From contig OZ253442.1 of NCBI GenBank assembly GCA_965261085.1, forward strand, positions 2,592,001 to 2,656,000: 64,000 bases of DNA. Reading direction: 5' to 3'. Of the stretch, positions 1-9,932 are shown one piece after another; the stretch's first letter is position 1, and each line of letters opens with the position of its first letter. This DNA is from a bacterium (GTDB lineage Bacteria; UBA8248). The notes under the pieces are model-generated. The model made no database searches, was not told the origin of the DNA, and saw only the letters and a list, made by a program, of their open reading frames with translations. The translations under genes were made by a program, and so were the position numbers.

Positions 1-562
1 TATCAATCAGGTGACGAGTCTGCTTGAAATGGTGAATGAATTCAGCCGGTTTGCGCGAATGCCGGAGCCGAGATTAAGGGTTTGCGGGTTTGTTCCCCTC
101 ATTGAGGATGTTGCAAATTTATATCGTGGCAGAAAAGGGGATGTAAAATTTTCCATTCATATCAATGCCGGGGATGCAGCCGTCATGGCGGATCCAGAGC
201 AGTTGCAACGCGTATTCATCAATTTGCTGGAAAACGCTTTCGAATCCCACGAGATCGAAGGCGAGATAGATTTACAAGCATGGGGTGATAAGAGCAGAAA
301 TATGATAGTTCTTGAGGTTGCTGACCAGGGGCAGGGTATATCGGAAGATATGAAAGGCCATATATTCTCGCCTTACTTTTCTACAAAAGATAGAGGCTCC
401 GGGTTAGGTTTGGCTATATGTCACCGCATTGTGGCAGATCATAATGGAACAATAAGCGTGCGAGATAACCATCCAGCGGGTTCTGTTTTTCGTGTAACGT
501 TGCCGCTGGCGCCTGCTGCGGACATCACACCTGAAAAGCAAAGGACGGCTTCCATTGGATAA
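1..562 (+). CDS. NtrY-like sensor histidine kinase, C-terminal HATPase part (5' end outside window)
   Basis: VNEFSRFARMP (NtrY-type post-H-box), N-box FINLLENA, G1 DQGQG, F-box FSPYFSTK, G2 GSGLGL; overlaps the following response regulator. Confidence 0.88.
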   Translation, partial: INQVTSLLEMVNEFSRFARMPEPRLRVCGFVPLIEDVANLYRGRKGDVKFSIHINAGDAAVMADPEQLQRVFINLLENAFESHEIEGEIDLQAWGDKSRNMIVLEVADQGQGISEDMKGHIFSPYFSTKDRGSGLGLAICHRIVADHNGTISVRDNHPAGSVFRVTLPLAPAADITPEKQRTASIG

Positions 563-2687
563 GGGACATATCCTCATCGTCGATGATGAGCGCGAAATAC
601 TCGCGAGCCTGGAAGATGTTTTGCACGATGAAGGGTATCGTGTAGAGAGGGCAGAGTCAGGAGAAACTGCCCTTCAGTTGGTTCGAACCGAAACTCCGGA
701 TGTGGTTTTAGTTGATGTGTGGATGCCGGGTATTGATGGAATCAAGACTTTGCAAGCGGTGAAAGAGTCGAACGCGGATATAGAAGTCGTCGTGATGTCG
801 GGTCACGGAAACATTGAAACCGCCGTGGCCGCAACAAAGTTAGGGGCTTTCAATTTTATTGAAAAACCTCTGTCTATCGATGCAGTTTTACGAATAGTCG
901 ATTCCGCTGTTCAAGCGCGAAGAGCCAAGGAACTCAAGGCGAATGATGTCGTCGATGTGATGCTTGACGGCGCTAGCAAGAGTATTCAAAGGGTTGGAAA
1001 AGCCATCAGGAGAGCGGCGAAAGATATTGACCCCTTACTGATTGCAGGTGAAAGAGGAACCGGCAAGCGTTTTATAGCCAGGGTGATTCATAAGAACGGT
1101 ACCAGCAAAGAAGAAGGTTTTAGGCCTGTTCATTGCCGCTCCCTGTTTCCGATGGCGGAGGTAAACGAATGGGAAGAGGCACTGGAGCGGTTGGTGCCCG
1201 ATACTTTTCAAGGGACGGTATATCTGGATGGTCTGGAGCAGCTACCCATGGCGGAGCGTGAGAGATTTCTCGCTCGATTCCTTGGGCATACGAAGGACTC
1301 AATGCGTTTAATGGTATCCGTTGATCACATGGGAACCCCGAAAGACAAGGCCTACGTGCGAGCCTTGTCCACCAAAATAGGCGCCGATGTAATACATTTG
1401 CCCTCTTTACGTGAACGCAAAGAGGACATTTTACCGTTGGCCAACAGATTTTTGAATGAATGTGCCGAAGTTGGTAGGTATGAAAAGGAATTCTCAGAAG
1501 ATGTCATTGCGCTTCTGGAAGACTATGACTGGCCGGGCAATATCGCAGAATTAAAAGGGGCGGTGACCAAAGCGGCATATTCATCACAAGGATCGGAGAT
1601 TCGCATCGGCCACTTGCCGTATGCGATACGCGAAGCTTCTGATTTCGAAGTGGACACATCAGAAAACGACGCCCCTTCTAATTTTAGTGCGGCCAGAACC
1701 GAGTGGGAGAGACAGTATCTTTCCTTCCATTTGGAGGAGCACGGTTGGGATATCAACAAAACCGCCCAGGCGGTGGGCATGACGGAATCTGGGTTAAAGC
1801 GTAAAATTAAAGCATACAACATAGAGCCCGTATTACCGGCGTCGACGACGCTTCGAGAAACAAATCAAAGGAGTATTTCGAAAAGTGTCGTCTTGTATGG
1901 CCGGGGGCTTCATTCAGGGCTGAAAACCGGCTTGATCATTGAACCCTTGCCGCCGGGGAGCGGAATTCAGTTCGGTAGCCTGACGAGCCCCGATACTGTG
2001 AGGGCGAATGTCGATTTTGTGGATGGCACCAACCATGCGACGAACTTGCGCAATGGAGCTGTGACGGCTCGAACGATAGAGCATCTCATGAGCGCGCTGC
2101 ACGCATACAAGATAAGCAATATACTCATTAAAATGAGTGAGGAAGTGCCTGTCATGGATGGGTCGGCAGTGGAGTTTTGCCGCTTGCTTGAAGAAGCGGG
2201 CATCGAGGATCAAAAGGAAAAACGCGCAGACTTGTGGGTTGATAAGGTTTACGAGGTAGGAGAACCGGGCGACGATAAAGGTTATATTCGTATAGAGTCG
2301 GCGGATTCTTTTTCGGTTTCATATCTCATCGATTATCCTGAGCCGATTGGAAAACAATCCTACCTGTATGAACATAAGAACGCGTTGAGTTTTCAAGAAG
2401 AAATCGCGCCTGCCCGTACGTTTGGTTTTGTTTCTGAACTGGAGTCGCTCGAGAAAATGGGCTTGGCCGAGGGAGGTCGTTGGGATAACGTGATTCTTGT
2501 GGACAAAGCGCGTGTCGTAAATACCCAATTGCGATTTCCTAACGAGTTTGTTCGCCATAAAATTCTTGACGTTATAGGAGATCTGTATTTAACCGGTCGC
2601 CCTATTCGAGGAAAAGTGACCGCCGAGAGAAGTGGCCACCGGCATAATGTCGCCTTGGTCAAAAAGTTGATGGAAGTCCATGGCTGA
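555..2687 (+). CDS. lpxC: Fusion: NtrX-like REC + degenerate sigma54-type AAA+ + Fis HTH + full LpxC (UDP-3-O-acyl-GlcNAc deacetylase)
   Basis: REC VDDE, D54 (VDVWMP), SGHG, FIEKP; AAA+ GERGTGK, LPSLRERKEDI, WPGNIAEL; HTH KTAQAVGM; from aa ~438 (nt ~1866) LpxC motifs QRSI..GRGLHSG, TIEHL, PVMDGSA, APARTFGF, RHKILDVIGD, SGH. Confidence 0.93.
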   Translation: MDKGHILIVDDEREILASLEDVLHDEGYRVERAESGETALQLVRTETPDVVLVDVWMPGIDGIKTLQAVKESNADIEVVVMSGHGNIETAVAATKLGAFNFIEKPLSIDAVLRIVDSAVQARRAKELKANDVVDVMLDGASKSIQRVGKAIRRAAKDIDPLLIAGERGTGKRFIARVIHKNGTSKEEGFRPVHCRSLFPMAEVNEWEEALERLVPDTFQGTVYLDGLEQLPMAERERFLARFLGHTKDSMRLMVSVDHMGTPKDKAYVRALSTKIGADVIHLPSLRERKEDILPLANRFLNECAEVGRYEKEFSEDVIALLEDYDWPGNIAELKGAVTKAAYSSQGSEIRIGHLPYAIREASDFEVDTSENDAPSNFSAARTEWERQYLSFHLEEHGWDINKTAQAVGMTESGLKRKIKAYNIEPVLPASTTLRETNQRSISKSVVLYGRGLHSGLKTGLIIEPLPPGSGIQFGSLTSPDTVRANVDFVDGTNHATNLRNGAVTARTIEHLMSALHAYKISNILIKMSEEVPVMDGSAVEFCRLLEEAGIEDQKEKRADLWVDKVYEVGEPGDDKGYIRIESADSFSVSYLIDYPEPIGKQSYLYEHKNALSFQEEIAPARTFGFVSELESLEKMGLAEGGRWDNVILVDKARVVNTQLRFPNEFVRHKILDVIGDLYLTGRPIRGKVTAERSGHRHNVALVKKLMEVHG

Positions 2688-2738
2688 TTTTGAATTCATT
2701 TCGCACGATTCCGCCCGCCAAATCATGGAACAGCACTT

Positions 2739-3791
2739 TTGAGCGAACATCGTCTGACATACCGCGACGTGGGCGTCGATGTGGATTTGGGAGAGGGTTT
2801 CGTTCAGGCTATCGCCCAGGCTATGAAGTCCACCCATGATAGCCAAAAAGGTCGTATCCTGGAGGGAGCGTCGGATTTTGCGGGTTTGTTCCGCTTGGGT
2901 GGGGGATATGAAGATCCTGTACTCGTTTCAGGCACCGACGGCGTCGGCACGAAATTGCTCCTGGCCCAGGAATTCGAACGCCACGATTCCGTTGGGATTG
3001 ACTTGGTGGCCATGTGTGTCAACGATATCTTGACCACGGGAGCAGAACCCCTTTTTTTCCTTGACTACATTGCGACGGGCCAGATCGATCAAAACGTATT
3101 GAAAGTAGTTCTATCTGGGATTGCCCAAGGCTGCCGGGAGGCGGGGTGCGCCCTCGTCGGAGGCGAGACGGCCGAGATGCCTGATATGTATGAGCCGGGT
3201 GTGTATGACCTCGCCGGATTCGCTGTGGGGGTGGTTGAACGTAAAAATTTGGACAATAAAATGCCTGTGAAAGCTGGTGACGCCATACTGGCGCTTCCTT
3301 CCTCAGGAATTCATAGCAACGGGTATTCCTTGGTGCGAAAAGTATTTGGGTCAAAAGAAAAACGAGATGTGGCGGCGCAAAGGCTGGGCGTTTCCATTGA
3401 AGATGTTTTATTGGAGCCAACGCGGATTTACGCCAAAGGGGCTAAGTCCGTTTGGGGAGAAGAGGGGATAAGCGGCATCGCGCACATCACGGGAGGCGGT
3501 ATTCCGGGAAATGTGAGCCGTGTGATTCCAGATGATTTGCAGGCTAACTTTCATCCTGAAAAGTGGGCGATGCCAGAGATATTTCCACTGATTCAGGAGT
3601 TCGGCCCGGTTGAGAGCGTGGAGATGTATCGCACTTTTAACATGGGTTTAGGCTTTGTCTTCCTCGTGAGGGCGGAGCAAGCGGAATCTTTGCTCGAGTC
3701 TTTGAAAAATGCGGGAGAACAAGCCATGATTGTCGGCGAGGTCGTCAAAAAAACGAGAGGTGGCCATTCTGTCGCTATTGAGGGCATATAA
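2739..3791 (+). CDS. purM: Phosphoribosylformylglycinamidine cyclo-ligase
   Basis: TYRDVGVD, SGTDGVGTK, GGETAEMP, SSGIHSNGYSLVR, HITGGG, TFNMGLG. Confidence 0.97.
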   Translation: MSEHRLTYRDVGVDVDLGEGFVQAIAQAMKSTHDSQKGRILEGASDFAGLFRLGGGYEDPVLVSGTDGVGTKLLLAQEFERHDSVGIDLVAMCVNDILTTGAEPLFFLDYIATGQIDQNVLKVVLSGIAQGCREAGCALVGGETAEMPDMYEPGVYDLAGFAVGVVERKNLDNKMPVKAGDAILALPSSGIHSNGYSLVRKVFGSKEKRDVAAQRLGVSIEDVLLEPTRIYAKGAKSVWGEEGISGIAHITGGGIPGNVSRVIPDDLQANFHPEKWAMPEIFPLIQEFGPVESVEMYRTFNMGLGFVFLVRAEQAESLLESLKNAGEQAMIVGEVVKKTRGGHSVAIEGI

Positions 3792-3793
3792 TA

Positions 3794-4447
3794 GTGCATT
3801 CAATGGCGCGATTACGCGTGGGTGTTTTGGCCTCGGGACGAGGGTCGAATCTGCAAGCCCTCATTGATGCCGGTCGGAACACGGATTTTCCGGCGGAAGT
3901 TGTATTGGTGCTGAGCGACAAAGAAAAGGCATATGCACTCGAGCGCGCCTCGATAGCTGGAATACGAAATAGATACCTTGCACCCAAGGAGGATGGTTTT
4001 TATCGGAGGGTGGGTGATGAGATCGAAAATTGCGGAATCGAACTCGTCTGTTGCGCTGGTTTTATGCGCATTTTACCGCCGGAGTTTGTGGGTCATTTTG
4101 CAGGGAGAATCATCAACATTCATCCCTCGCTTTTGCCGAGTTTCCCTGGTCTTCACGCACAAAAAAAAGCCTTGGATGCCGGAGTGAGAGTGACTGGCTG
4201 CACGGTCCACTTTGTGGATGAGGGGGTGGATGCGGGGCCGATTATTTTACAAGCCGCTGTGCCGGTGTTGCCCTATGACGATGAGAAAACCCTTTCGGAG
4301 AGAATCCTCATTTATGAGCACCGAATATACCCACTGGCGGTGCGACTCATCGCCGAGGGGAGCGTTCGTTGCGTTGGTGGTGTTGTGCAATATGCAGGAG
4401 ACGCTCTTCTGAATAGCAGTGGTTTCATCTCACCCGTTTCAGAGTAG
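3794..4447 (+). CDS. purN: Phosphoribosylglycinamide formyltransferase
   Basis: SGRGSNLQA, AGFMRIL, NIHPSLLP, GCTVHFVDEGVDAGPII. Confidence 0.97.
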   Translation: MHSMARLRVGVLASGRGSNLQALIDAGRNTDFPAEVVLVLSDKEKAYALERASIAGIRNRYLAPKEDGFYRRVGDEIENCGIELVCCAGFMRILPPEFVGHFAGRIINIHPSLLPSFPGLHAQKKALDAGVRVTGCTVHFVDEGVDAGPIILQAAVPVLPYDDEKTLSERILIYEHRIYPLAVRLIAEGSVRCVGGVVQYAGDALLNSSGFISPVSE

Positions 4448-4472
4448 TTATTCACAAAGGAATACGTGAGTT

Positions 4473-5201
4473 TTGCGTAAATCGAGTTTCTTGATATTAG
4501 TATTTGTTTTTTTGCTTTTCGCGTTTTCGCAAGAGCGTGCTCTCAGCGCATCTATGGCGGAAGAATCGCGTCTGAAGGCGGAGAAAATAATCACGACGCT
4601 TCAGGAAAAATTTGAGGCTCTCGAATCTCTGCAAGCCTCTTTCGAGCAGAAAAATGAAATAAAATCCCTTGGGCGAACAACGACGTCGAGCGGGAGTCTC
4701 TCGTGGAAGAAGCCCGGCAAATTGCGCATGGAGTATGTCAAGCCTGAAAAGCAGGTTCTGGTCTCTGATGGTCATACGTTTTGGCTCTACACCGCTCGCT
4801 TCAGACAGGTGATGGTTTCCAAAACCGGGGGTTCTGGGTTTGGAGCCACCCCTTTGTTATTTTTGTCGGGCGAGGGGAATTTGAAAAAGAATTTTCATGT
4901 AATCGTGGAAGAGATTGGAATTGCCAGACGAAGTGAAGGAATCTGGAGAGCCGGTCAGCCCCATCGCATTCGGCTGGAGCCGAAGTCTCCGGGCGCATCA
5001 TTTAGCCGAATGTGGGTTGAGGTGGAACCTGAGAATTTCGTAATCCTCACTTTGGCGTATATTGATAATATCGGCAACAAAAGTCACTTGCGGTTTTCAA
5101 ACGTCAAAGAAAACGTCAAAATCGCAGAAGAGGAATTTCAGTTTGTTGTGCCGCCAAATGTCGAAGTACTACAAATGCCGGCTCAGAGCGGCCAGCGATA
5201 A
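4473..5201 (+). CDS. lolA: Outer-membrane lipoprotein carrier LolA
   Basis: Signal peptide; ASFEQ, KKPGKLRMEY, LVSDGHTFWLY, FQFVVPPNVEV. Confidence 0.85.
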   Translation: MRKSSFLILVFVFLLFAFSQERALSASMAEESRLKAEKIITTLQEKFEALESLQASFEQKNEIKSLGRTTTSSGSLSWKKPGKLRMEYVKPEKQVLVSDGHTFWLYTARFRQVMVSKTGGSGFGATPLLFLSGEGNLKKNFHVIVEEIGIARRSEGIWRAGQPHRIRLEPKSPGASFSRMWVEVEPENFVILTLAYIDNIGNKSHLRFSNVKENVKIAEEEFQFVVPPNVEVLQMPAQSGQR

Positions 5202-5219
5202 ATAAGGACTTATTCGAGA

Positions 5220-6416
5220 ATGGCGATGCAAATCATAAACTGGGTGATGGGTTTGGGGCAGACGATTTTCTGGGCTGTACTGGTTCTGGGGTTACTCATT
5301 TTTATCCATGAGTTGGGCCACCATCTCGTCGCAAAATGGCTCAAAATCGGCGTTTCCACATTTTCTTTAGGCTTCGGTCGCCGCATTTGGGGCTTTCAAC
5401 GAGGAGAGACTGAATATCGTATTTCGCTCATCCCCTTGGGTGGTTATGTAAAGCTTGTGGGAGAAGATCCAGAAGCGCAACCTGATAATCCCGATGCGCC
5501 CAAAGAGCCGGATGAGCCGGAGAAATCCTTCTACTTGCGGCCTGTGAGCCACCGATTGGCTGTCATTTCGGCGGGCCCCTTGTTTAATGTCGTCCTGGCG
5601 ATTCTCCTCAGTTGGGGATTGCACTTTGGCGGCATTCCTGTGCCGGGAACGTGGGTTGGCGGTGTTTTGCCTGATACGCCTGCGCAAAAAGCGAACCTTC
5701 AAACTGGCGATCATATCGTGGCTATTGATGGAAAACGAATTCAAAAATGGTCCGAGCTCGTCGAAATTGTACGAAAAAATGCCGATAAAAAACTCGTGTT
5801 GACGGTGGAGCGTAGCCGCAATTCCTTTGAAACGCTCATTGTTCCGACATCGAGGAGCGCGACGGGCAAAGAATTGGGTTATGGCCGGATCGGCATTAGT
5901 ATCGGCCAAGGCGCCTACTCCGAGCGTTTTGGCTTCCTTGAGTCTTTGGGGAAGGGAATCGAGCAAAACTACCGCATCGCCAGCTTAACGGTCTTTACGC
6001 TGTATTCGATGCTCACGAAGACCATTCCTGCGGATATCGGAGGGCCGATTCGTATTTCTATGGTGGCCGCGGAGCAGGCGCAGCGCGGATTCCGCTACCT
6101 CGTCATGTTCACGATTTTGCTCAGCGTCAATCTGGCGATTTTGAACTTGCTGCCAATCCCGGTTCTCGATGGTGGGCACATTTTTTTCTTGCTTGTTGAA
6201 GGCTTGCGTGGCAAACCTATTAGCCTGAGAATCCGGGAACTGGCCATGCAGGTGGGCACCGTTCTACTAATCGGGTTGATGATCTTTGCCACTTACAAGG
6301 ACAGTGTGTATTATCTTTTTAGTAGTGAATCGTCATCGATAACGAAAAATGAGAAGCAAGAAGGGAAAGTGAAGAGCGCAACGAAGCCATCTCCAGAAAG
6401 CAGAAAAGGCGAATAG
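5220..6416 (+). CDS. rseP: RIP metalloprotease RseP
   Basis: HELGH, IPLGGYVK, AGPLFN, PDZ segment, NLLPIPVLDGG. Confidence 0.96.
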   Translation: MAMQIINWVMGLGQTIFWAVLVLGLLIFIHELGHHLVAKWLKIGVSTFSLGFGRRIWGFQRGETEYRISLIPLGGYVKLVGEDPEAQPDNPDAPKEPDEPEKSFYLRPVSHRLAVISAGPLFNVVLAILLSWGLHFGGIPVPGTWVGGVLPDTPAQKANLQTGDHIVAIDGKRIQKWSELVEIVRKNADKKLVLTVERSRNSFETLIVPTSRSATGKELGYGRIGISIGQGAYSERFGFLESLGKGIEQNYRIASLTVFTLYSMLTKTIPADIGGPIRISMVAAEQAQRGFRYLVMFTILLSVNLAILNLLPIPVLDGGHIFFLLVEGLRGKPISLRIRELAMQVGTVLLIGLMIFATYKDSVYYLFSSESSSITKNEKQEGKVKSATKPSPESRKGE

Positions 6417-6420
6417 GGCC

Positions 6421-7671
6421 TTGACTATGTTTGAGCCATTTGCAGACGATGTATTTTACAAGAAACCCATTCCGGGAATAGGTCTACCGCCCAAAGAGCA
6501 AAACAGCGCTACTCTGCCGATACTTGGAGCGGATGACACCGGCGAGGCGTTGCCTTGCGCGGATCCATCTTTGTTTCCTCTGAATCGAAGAAGAAGTACC
6601 CAAGTCGAAGTGCGTGGCGTCAAAATTGGCGGTGGTGCTCCTATCGTTGTGCAATCGATGTGCAACACCTACACGCATGATGTAGAGGGGACCGTAGGAC
6701 AAATTGAACGACTGGAAGCCGCTGGGTGTGAAATCGTGCGCCTGGCTGTTCCCGATGAGAAATCGGCCGAGGCGCTCCCTGAAATCAGAAAACGCACCGA
6801 AATGCCATTGGTGGCGGATATTCATTTCGACTATCGCTATGCCCTGATGGCGGCGGATGCAGGGATCGATTGCCTGCGCATCAACCCCGGCAACATCAAC
6901 GGGGAAGAAAGGGTGAGCGAGGTAGTCGCTGCGGCGAAAGACCACGGCTTGCCGATCCGCGTAGGCGTGAACGCCGGCTCTTTGGAAAAGCATCTCCTTG
7001 ATCGCTTTGGGGGCGCCACGCCCGAGGCGATGGTGGAAAGTGGATTGCGCCATGTCGCTATGCTGGAGAAGCGAAATTTTTATGACACGAAAATCTCCCT
7101 GAAGGCCTCGGATGTGGCCAGGGCGGTGAAAGCCTATCGGTTGATCGCGAAACGCGTCGAGTATCCTCTCCATCTGGGCATCACGGAGAGTGGGAGCCTC
7201 CAAACTGGCAGCATAAAAAGCGCAGTTGGTTTGGGTGTTCTGCTTTCTGAAGGCATTGGGGATACTATCCGCGTCTCTTTGGCGGCGGACCCGGTAGAAG
7301 AAGTGCGTGTCGGCTACGAAATTCTCAAAAGTCTGAAGTTGCGCCAAAAGGGCGTAAATGTCGTCGCATGTCCATCGTGCGGGCGCGTCCAGATTGACGT
7401 CGATAAGCTCACGATGGAAGTAGAGCAAGAACTTGCTCATATCAATGCCCCCATCACGGTGGCCGTCATGGGTTGTGAAGTGAACGGTCCCGGTGAGGCA
7501 AGAGATGCCGACATCGGTGTGGCCGGAGGCCATAAGCGCGCTCTGATTTTTATGAAAGGCGAGAAGTCGGGTTTGGTATCCTATGAGGATATCAAGAAAA
7601 ACCTGGTCGAGCGCGTAGAGGAACTCGCGGCGCAATACGAAAAAGGTCAATTCGAAACATCTCACTCCTGA
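6421..7671 (+). CDS. ispG: HMBPP synthase IspG
   Basis: VQSM, LVADIHF, RINPGN, HLGITE, GIGDTIRVSL, CPSCGR, MGCEVNGPGEA. Confidence 0.97.
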   Translation: MTMFEPFADDVFYKKPIPGIGLPPKEQNSATLPILGADDTGEALPCADPSLFPLNRRRSTQVEVRGVKIGGGAPIVVQSMCNTYTHDVEGTVGQIERLEAAGCEIVRLAVPDEKSAEALPEIRKRTEMPLVADIHFDYRYALMAADAGIDCLRINPGNINGEERVSEVVAAAKDHGLPIRVGVNAGSLEKHLLDRFGGATPEAMVESGLRHVAMLEKRNFYDTKISLKASDVARAVKAYRLIAKRVEYPLHLGITESGSLQTGSIKSAVGLGVLLSEGIGDTIRVSLAADPVEEVRVGYEILKSLKLRQKGVNVVACPSCGRVQIDVDKLTMEVEQELAHINAPITVAVMGCEVNGPGEARDADIGVAGGHKRALIFMKGEKSGLVSYEDIKKNLVERVEELAAQYEKGQFETSHS

Positions 7672-7685
7672 GAAAAATCTGATTC

Positions 7686-9398
7686 ATGCGATTCTCACGA
7701 GGGTTTTTACCCACATTAAAAGAAGCGCCCGCCGAAGCGGAAGTCGTCAGCCATAAACTTATGGTGCGCTCGGGCATGATTCGCCGCTTGGCGGCGGGTG
7801 TATATACGCTTTTGCCCCTCGGTGTGCGCGTGCAGCGCAAAGTCGAGCAGATACTGCGTGAGGAGTTGAATCGCGCAGGCGCGCAAGAGGTTTTCCTGCC
7901 TACGCTGAATCCCGCCGAGCTTTGGCGAAAAACGGGACGATGGGAAGCATATGGGAAAGAATTGATCCGCTTGAAAGATCGCCATGAGCGTGATTTTTGT
8001 CTGGGCCCCACACACGAGGAGGTGGTTACCGATTTGGTAGCGCGCGAGGTAAGAAGCTATCGGGATCTGCCGCTCAATCTCTATCAGATTCAAACGAAAT
8101 TCAGAGACGAGATCAGGCCCCGGTTTGGTGTGATGCGCGGGCGAGAATTTACGATGAAGGACGGCTACAGCTTTGATCGGGACGAGGCGGGCGCAGAGCG
8201 GAGCTATGAAGAAATGGTGGAAGTCTACACGCGGATATTTAGGCGTTGTGGACTGAAGTTCAGCGCTGTAGAGGCGGATTCTGGGGCCATCGGCGGGAGT
8301 TTTTCGCACGAATTCATGGTCATGGCTGATACGGGGGAGGAAGCGATCACCGTTTGTGATTCGTGTGGGTATGCGGCGAATGTGGAAAAATCTTCGGTTC
8401 GTTTGAAGTTGCCTGAGAATGAGGAAGGCGAACTTAAAAAAGTCCATACTCCCGGTGCTCATACGATAGAAGAGGTTGCGGAATTCTTTTCTTTGCCTGC
8501 ATATCGGATGGTGAAAACCCTTTTATATGTCGCAGACGGTGAGTCGGTGGCCGCACTGATTCCAGGCCATAGGGAATTAAATGAAATCAAATTAAAAAAT
8601 GCGCTTGATGCGCTGGATATCGAGCTTGCTGACTCCGAGACGGTAGAGAAGCTCACGAACTCTGAAGTGGGCTTCGCAGGACCTGTCGGCTTGTCGAATG
8701 TTCGGCTCGTAGCGGATTCCTCCATTGAAAATAGTGGCGGGCTCATCGTCGGGGCGAATCAAACAGATTATCACTACACAGGCGTGCGCGAAGGCCGTGA
8801 CTTTGCGGCGAATAAATTTGCAGACCTAACCGTTGCCCAAGAAGGAGATGCCTGTCCTAAATGCGAGGCAGGGCTCAGCATCAGGCGCGGCATCGAAGTG
8901 GGGCATGTCTTCAAGCTGGGTTGTAAGTATTCTGAATCCCTGGATGCTACCTTTCAGGATGAGAATGGCGAGACGCACACCATCGTCATGGGTTGTTATG
9001 GGATCGGCGTGGGCCGCACAGTGGCGGCGGCCATAGAGCAGAACCATGATGAGGATGGCATCATCTGGCCTACTCCCATCGCCCCATATCATGTGGATAT
9101 CATTCCGGTGAGGGTGGATGATGAAACTATGAAGGTTTGTGAGCACATATACGACTCGCTTGAGTTCACGGGGCTGGATGTCATTCTTGATGACAGGGAT
9201 GAACGTCCGGGCGTGAAATTCAAGGATGCTGATCTCATGGGGTTCCCCTACAAAGCGGTCATAGGACCCAGGGGTCTCAAGGAAGGGAAAATCGAGATAA
9301 AATCAAGAAAAACGGGAGAAACACAACTAGTAGCGATGAACGAGGCAGTGTCTTTTTTGGAAAATCTGATTTCCGAAGAGATGAAATCCGCTGGATAA
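7686..9398 (+). CDS. proS: Proline--tRNA ligase with insertion editing domain
   Basis: LGPTHEE, KFRDEIRPRFG, GIEVGHVFKLG, MGCYGIG. Confidence 0.98.
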   Translation: MRFSRGFLPTLKEAPAEAEVVSHKLMVRSGMIRRLAAGVYTLLPLGVRVQRKVEQILREELNRAGAQEVFLPTLNPAELWRKTGRWEAYGKELIRLKDRHERDFCLGPTHEEVVTDLVAREVRSYRDLPLNLYQIQTKFRDEIRPRFGVMRGREFTMKDGYSFDRDEAGAERSYEEMVEVYTRIFRRCGLKFSAVEADSGAIGGSFSHEFMVMADTGEEAITVCDSCGYAANVEKSSVRLKLPENEEGELKKVHTPGAHTIEEVAEFFSLPAYRMVKTLLYVADGESVAALIPGHRELNEIKLKNALDALDIELADSETVEKLTNSEVGFAGPVGLSNVRLVADSSIENSGGLIVGANQTDYHYTGVREGRDFAANKFADLTVAQEGDACPKCEAGLSIRRGIEVGHVFKLGCKYSESLDATFQDENGETHTIVMGCYGIGVGRTVAAAIEQNHDEDGIIWPTPIAPYHVDIIPVRVDDETMKVCEHIYDSLEFTGLDVILDDRDERPGVKFKDADLMGFPYKAVIGPRGLKEGKIEIKSRKTGETQLVAMNEAVSFLENLISEEMKSAG

Positions 9399-9505
9399 TT
9401 CATGTGGTTCTCGGGTTCATTTTGAAACGATTTCTTGATTCCCTCTACCAAGCGTTCATCGGATATGCAGGTTGAAATCAGAGGAAACCGAAAAAAATAG
9501 AAAAC

Positions 9506-9535
9506 TTGACGTTTTTGGGGCTGGGCATTTATATT
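9506..9535 (+). promoter_or_regulatory. Putative sigma70 promoter for the small ORFs / tRNA-Met / tilS unit
   Basis: TTGACG-N18-TATATT upstream of the RBS at ~9564. Confidence 0.45.
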
Positions 9536-9575
9536 TTACTCCTGTAGCCGAGGCGTGCTTCGAGAGGAGAGGGGT

Positions 9576-9767
9576 ATGGCCTATGAGGGAGTTCGTGAAT
9601 GTGCTATTTGTGCTTGGCGAGAGAATTGCCGCCTGAAGTATCGCAATGAGCCGAACGGGGCGATTTTTTGTCCGGAATTTTCACCGGACTTAAGATTACA
9701 GCGAGCGGAATCGAAAGGAATGTCGTCTTCGTCCGAAGGCCTAGAACGGGGAGCAAATGACAAATGA
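9576..9767 (+). CDS. Small Cys-rich hypothetical protein, possibly metal-binding
   Basis: RBS GAGGAGAGG before ATG 9576; CAICAWRENC...FCPEF four-Cys pattern. Confidence 0.7.
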   Translation: MAYEGVRECAICAWRENCRLKYRNEPNGAIFCPEFSPDLRLQRAESKGMSSSSEGLERGANDK

Positions 9768-9919
9768 GGCGTGAAATCGAGATTCTGATCTTTCTCTTTT
9801 TGGGGTATTTGTGTTTGATGGTAGGCTTTCGCATGGAAGACATTGGCATGCAGGTTTTTTTCTATATTCTCTCGGCCATGTTTTTTTTCGCCATATTCCG
9901 ACCCAAGCAGTCTCCCTGA
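9764..9919 (+). CDS. 51-aa two-TM small membrane protein (absent from the ORF track)
   Basis: ATGA overlap with the upstream stop; MRREIEILIFLFLGYLCLMVGFRMEDIGMQVFFYILSAMFFFAIFRPKQSP; fills the gap to the tRNA. Confidence 0.6.
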   Translation: MRREIEILIFLFLGYLCLMVGFRMEDIGMQVFFYILSAMFFFAIFRPKQSP

Positions 9920-9932
9920 CGAAGTGTATTCT

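Noticed and set aside
6484-7665. 393-aa minus-strand ORF
   Set aside because: Antisense shadow of ispG; no recognisable motifs.
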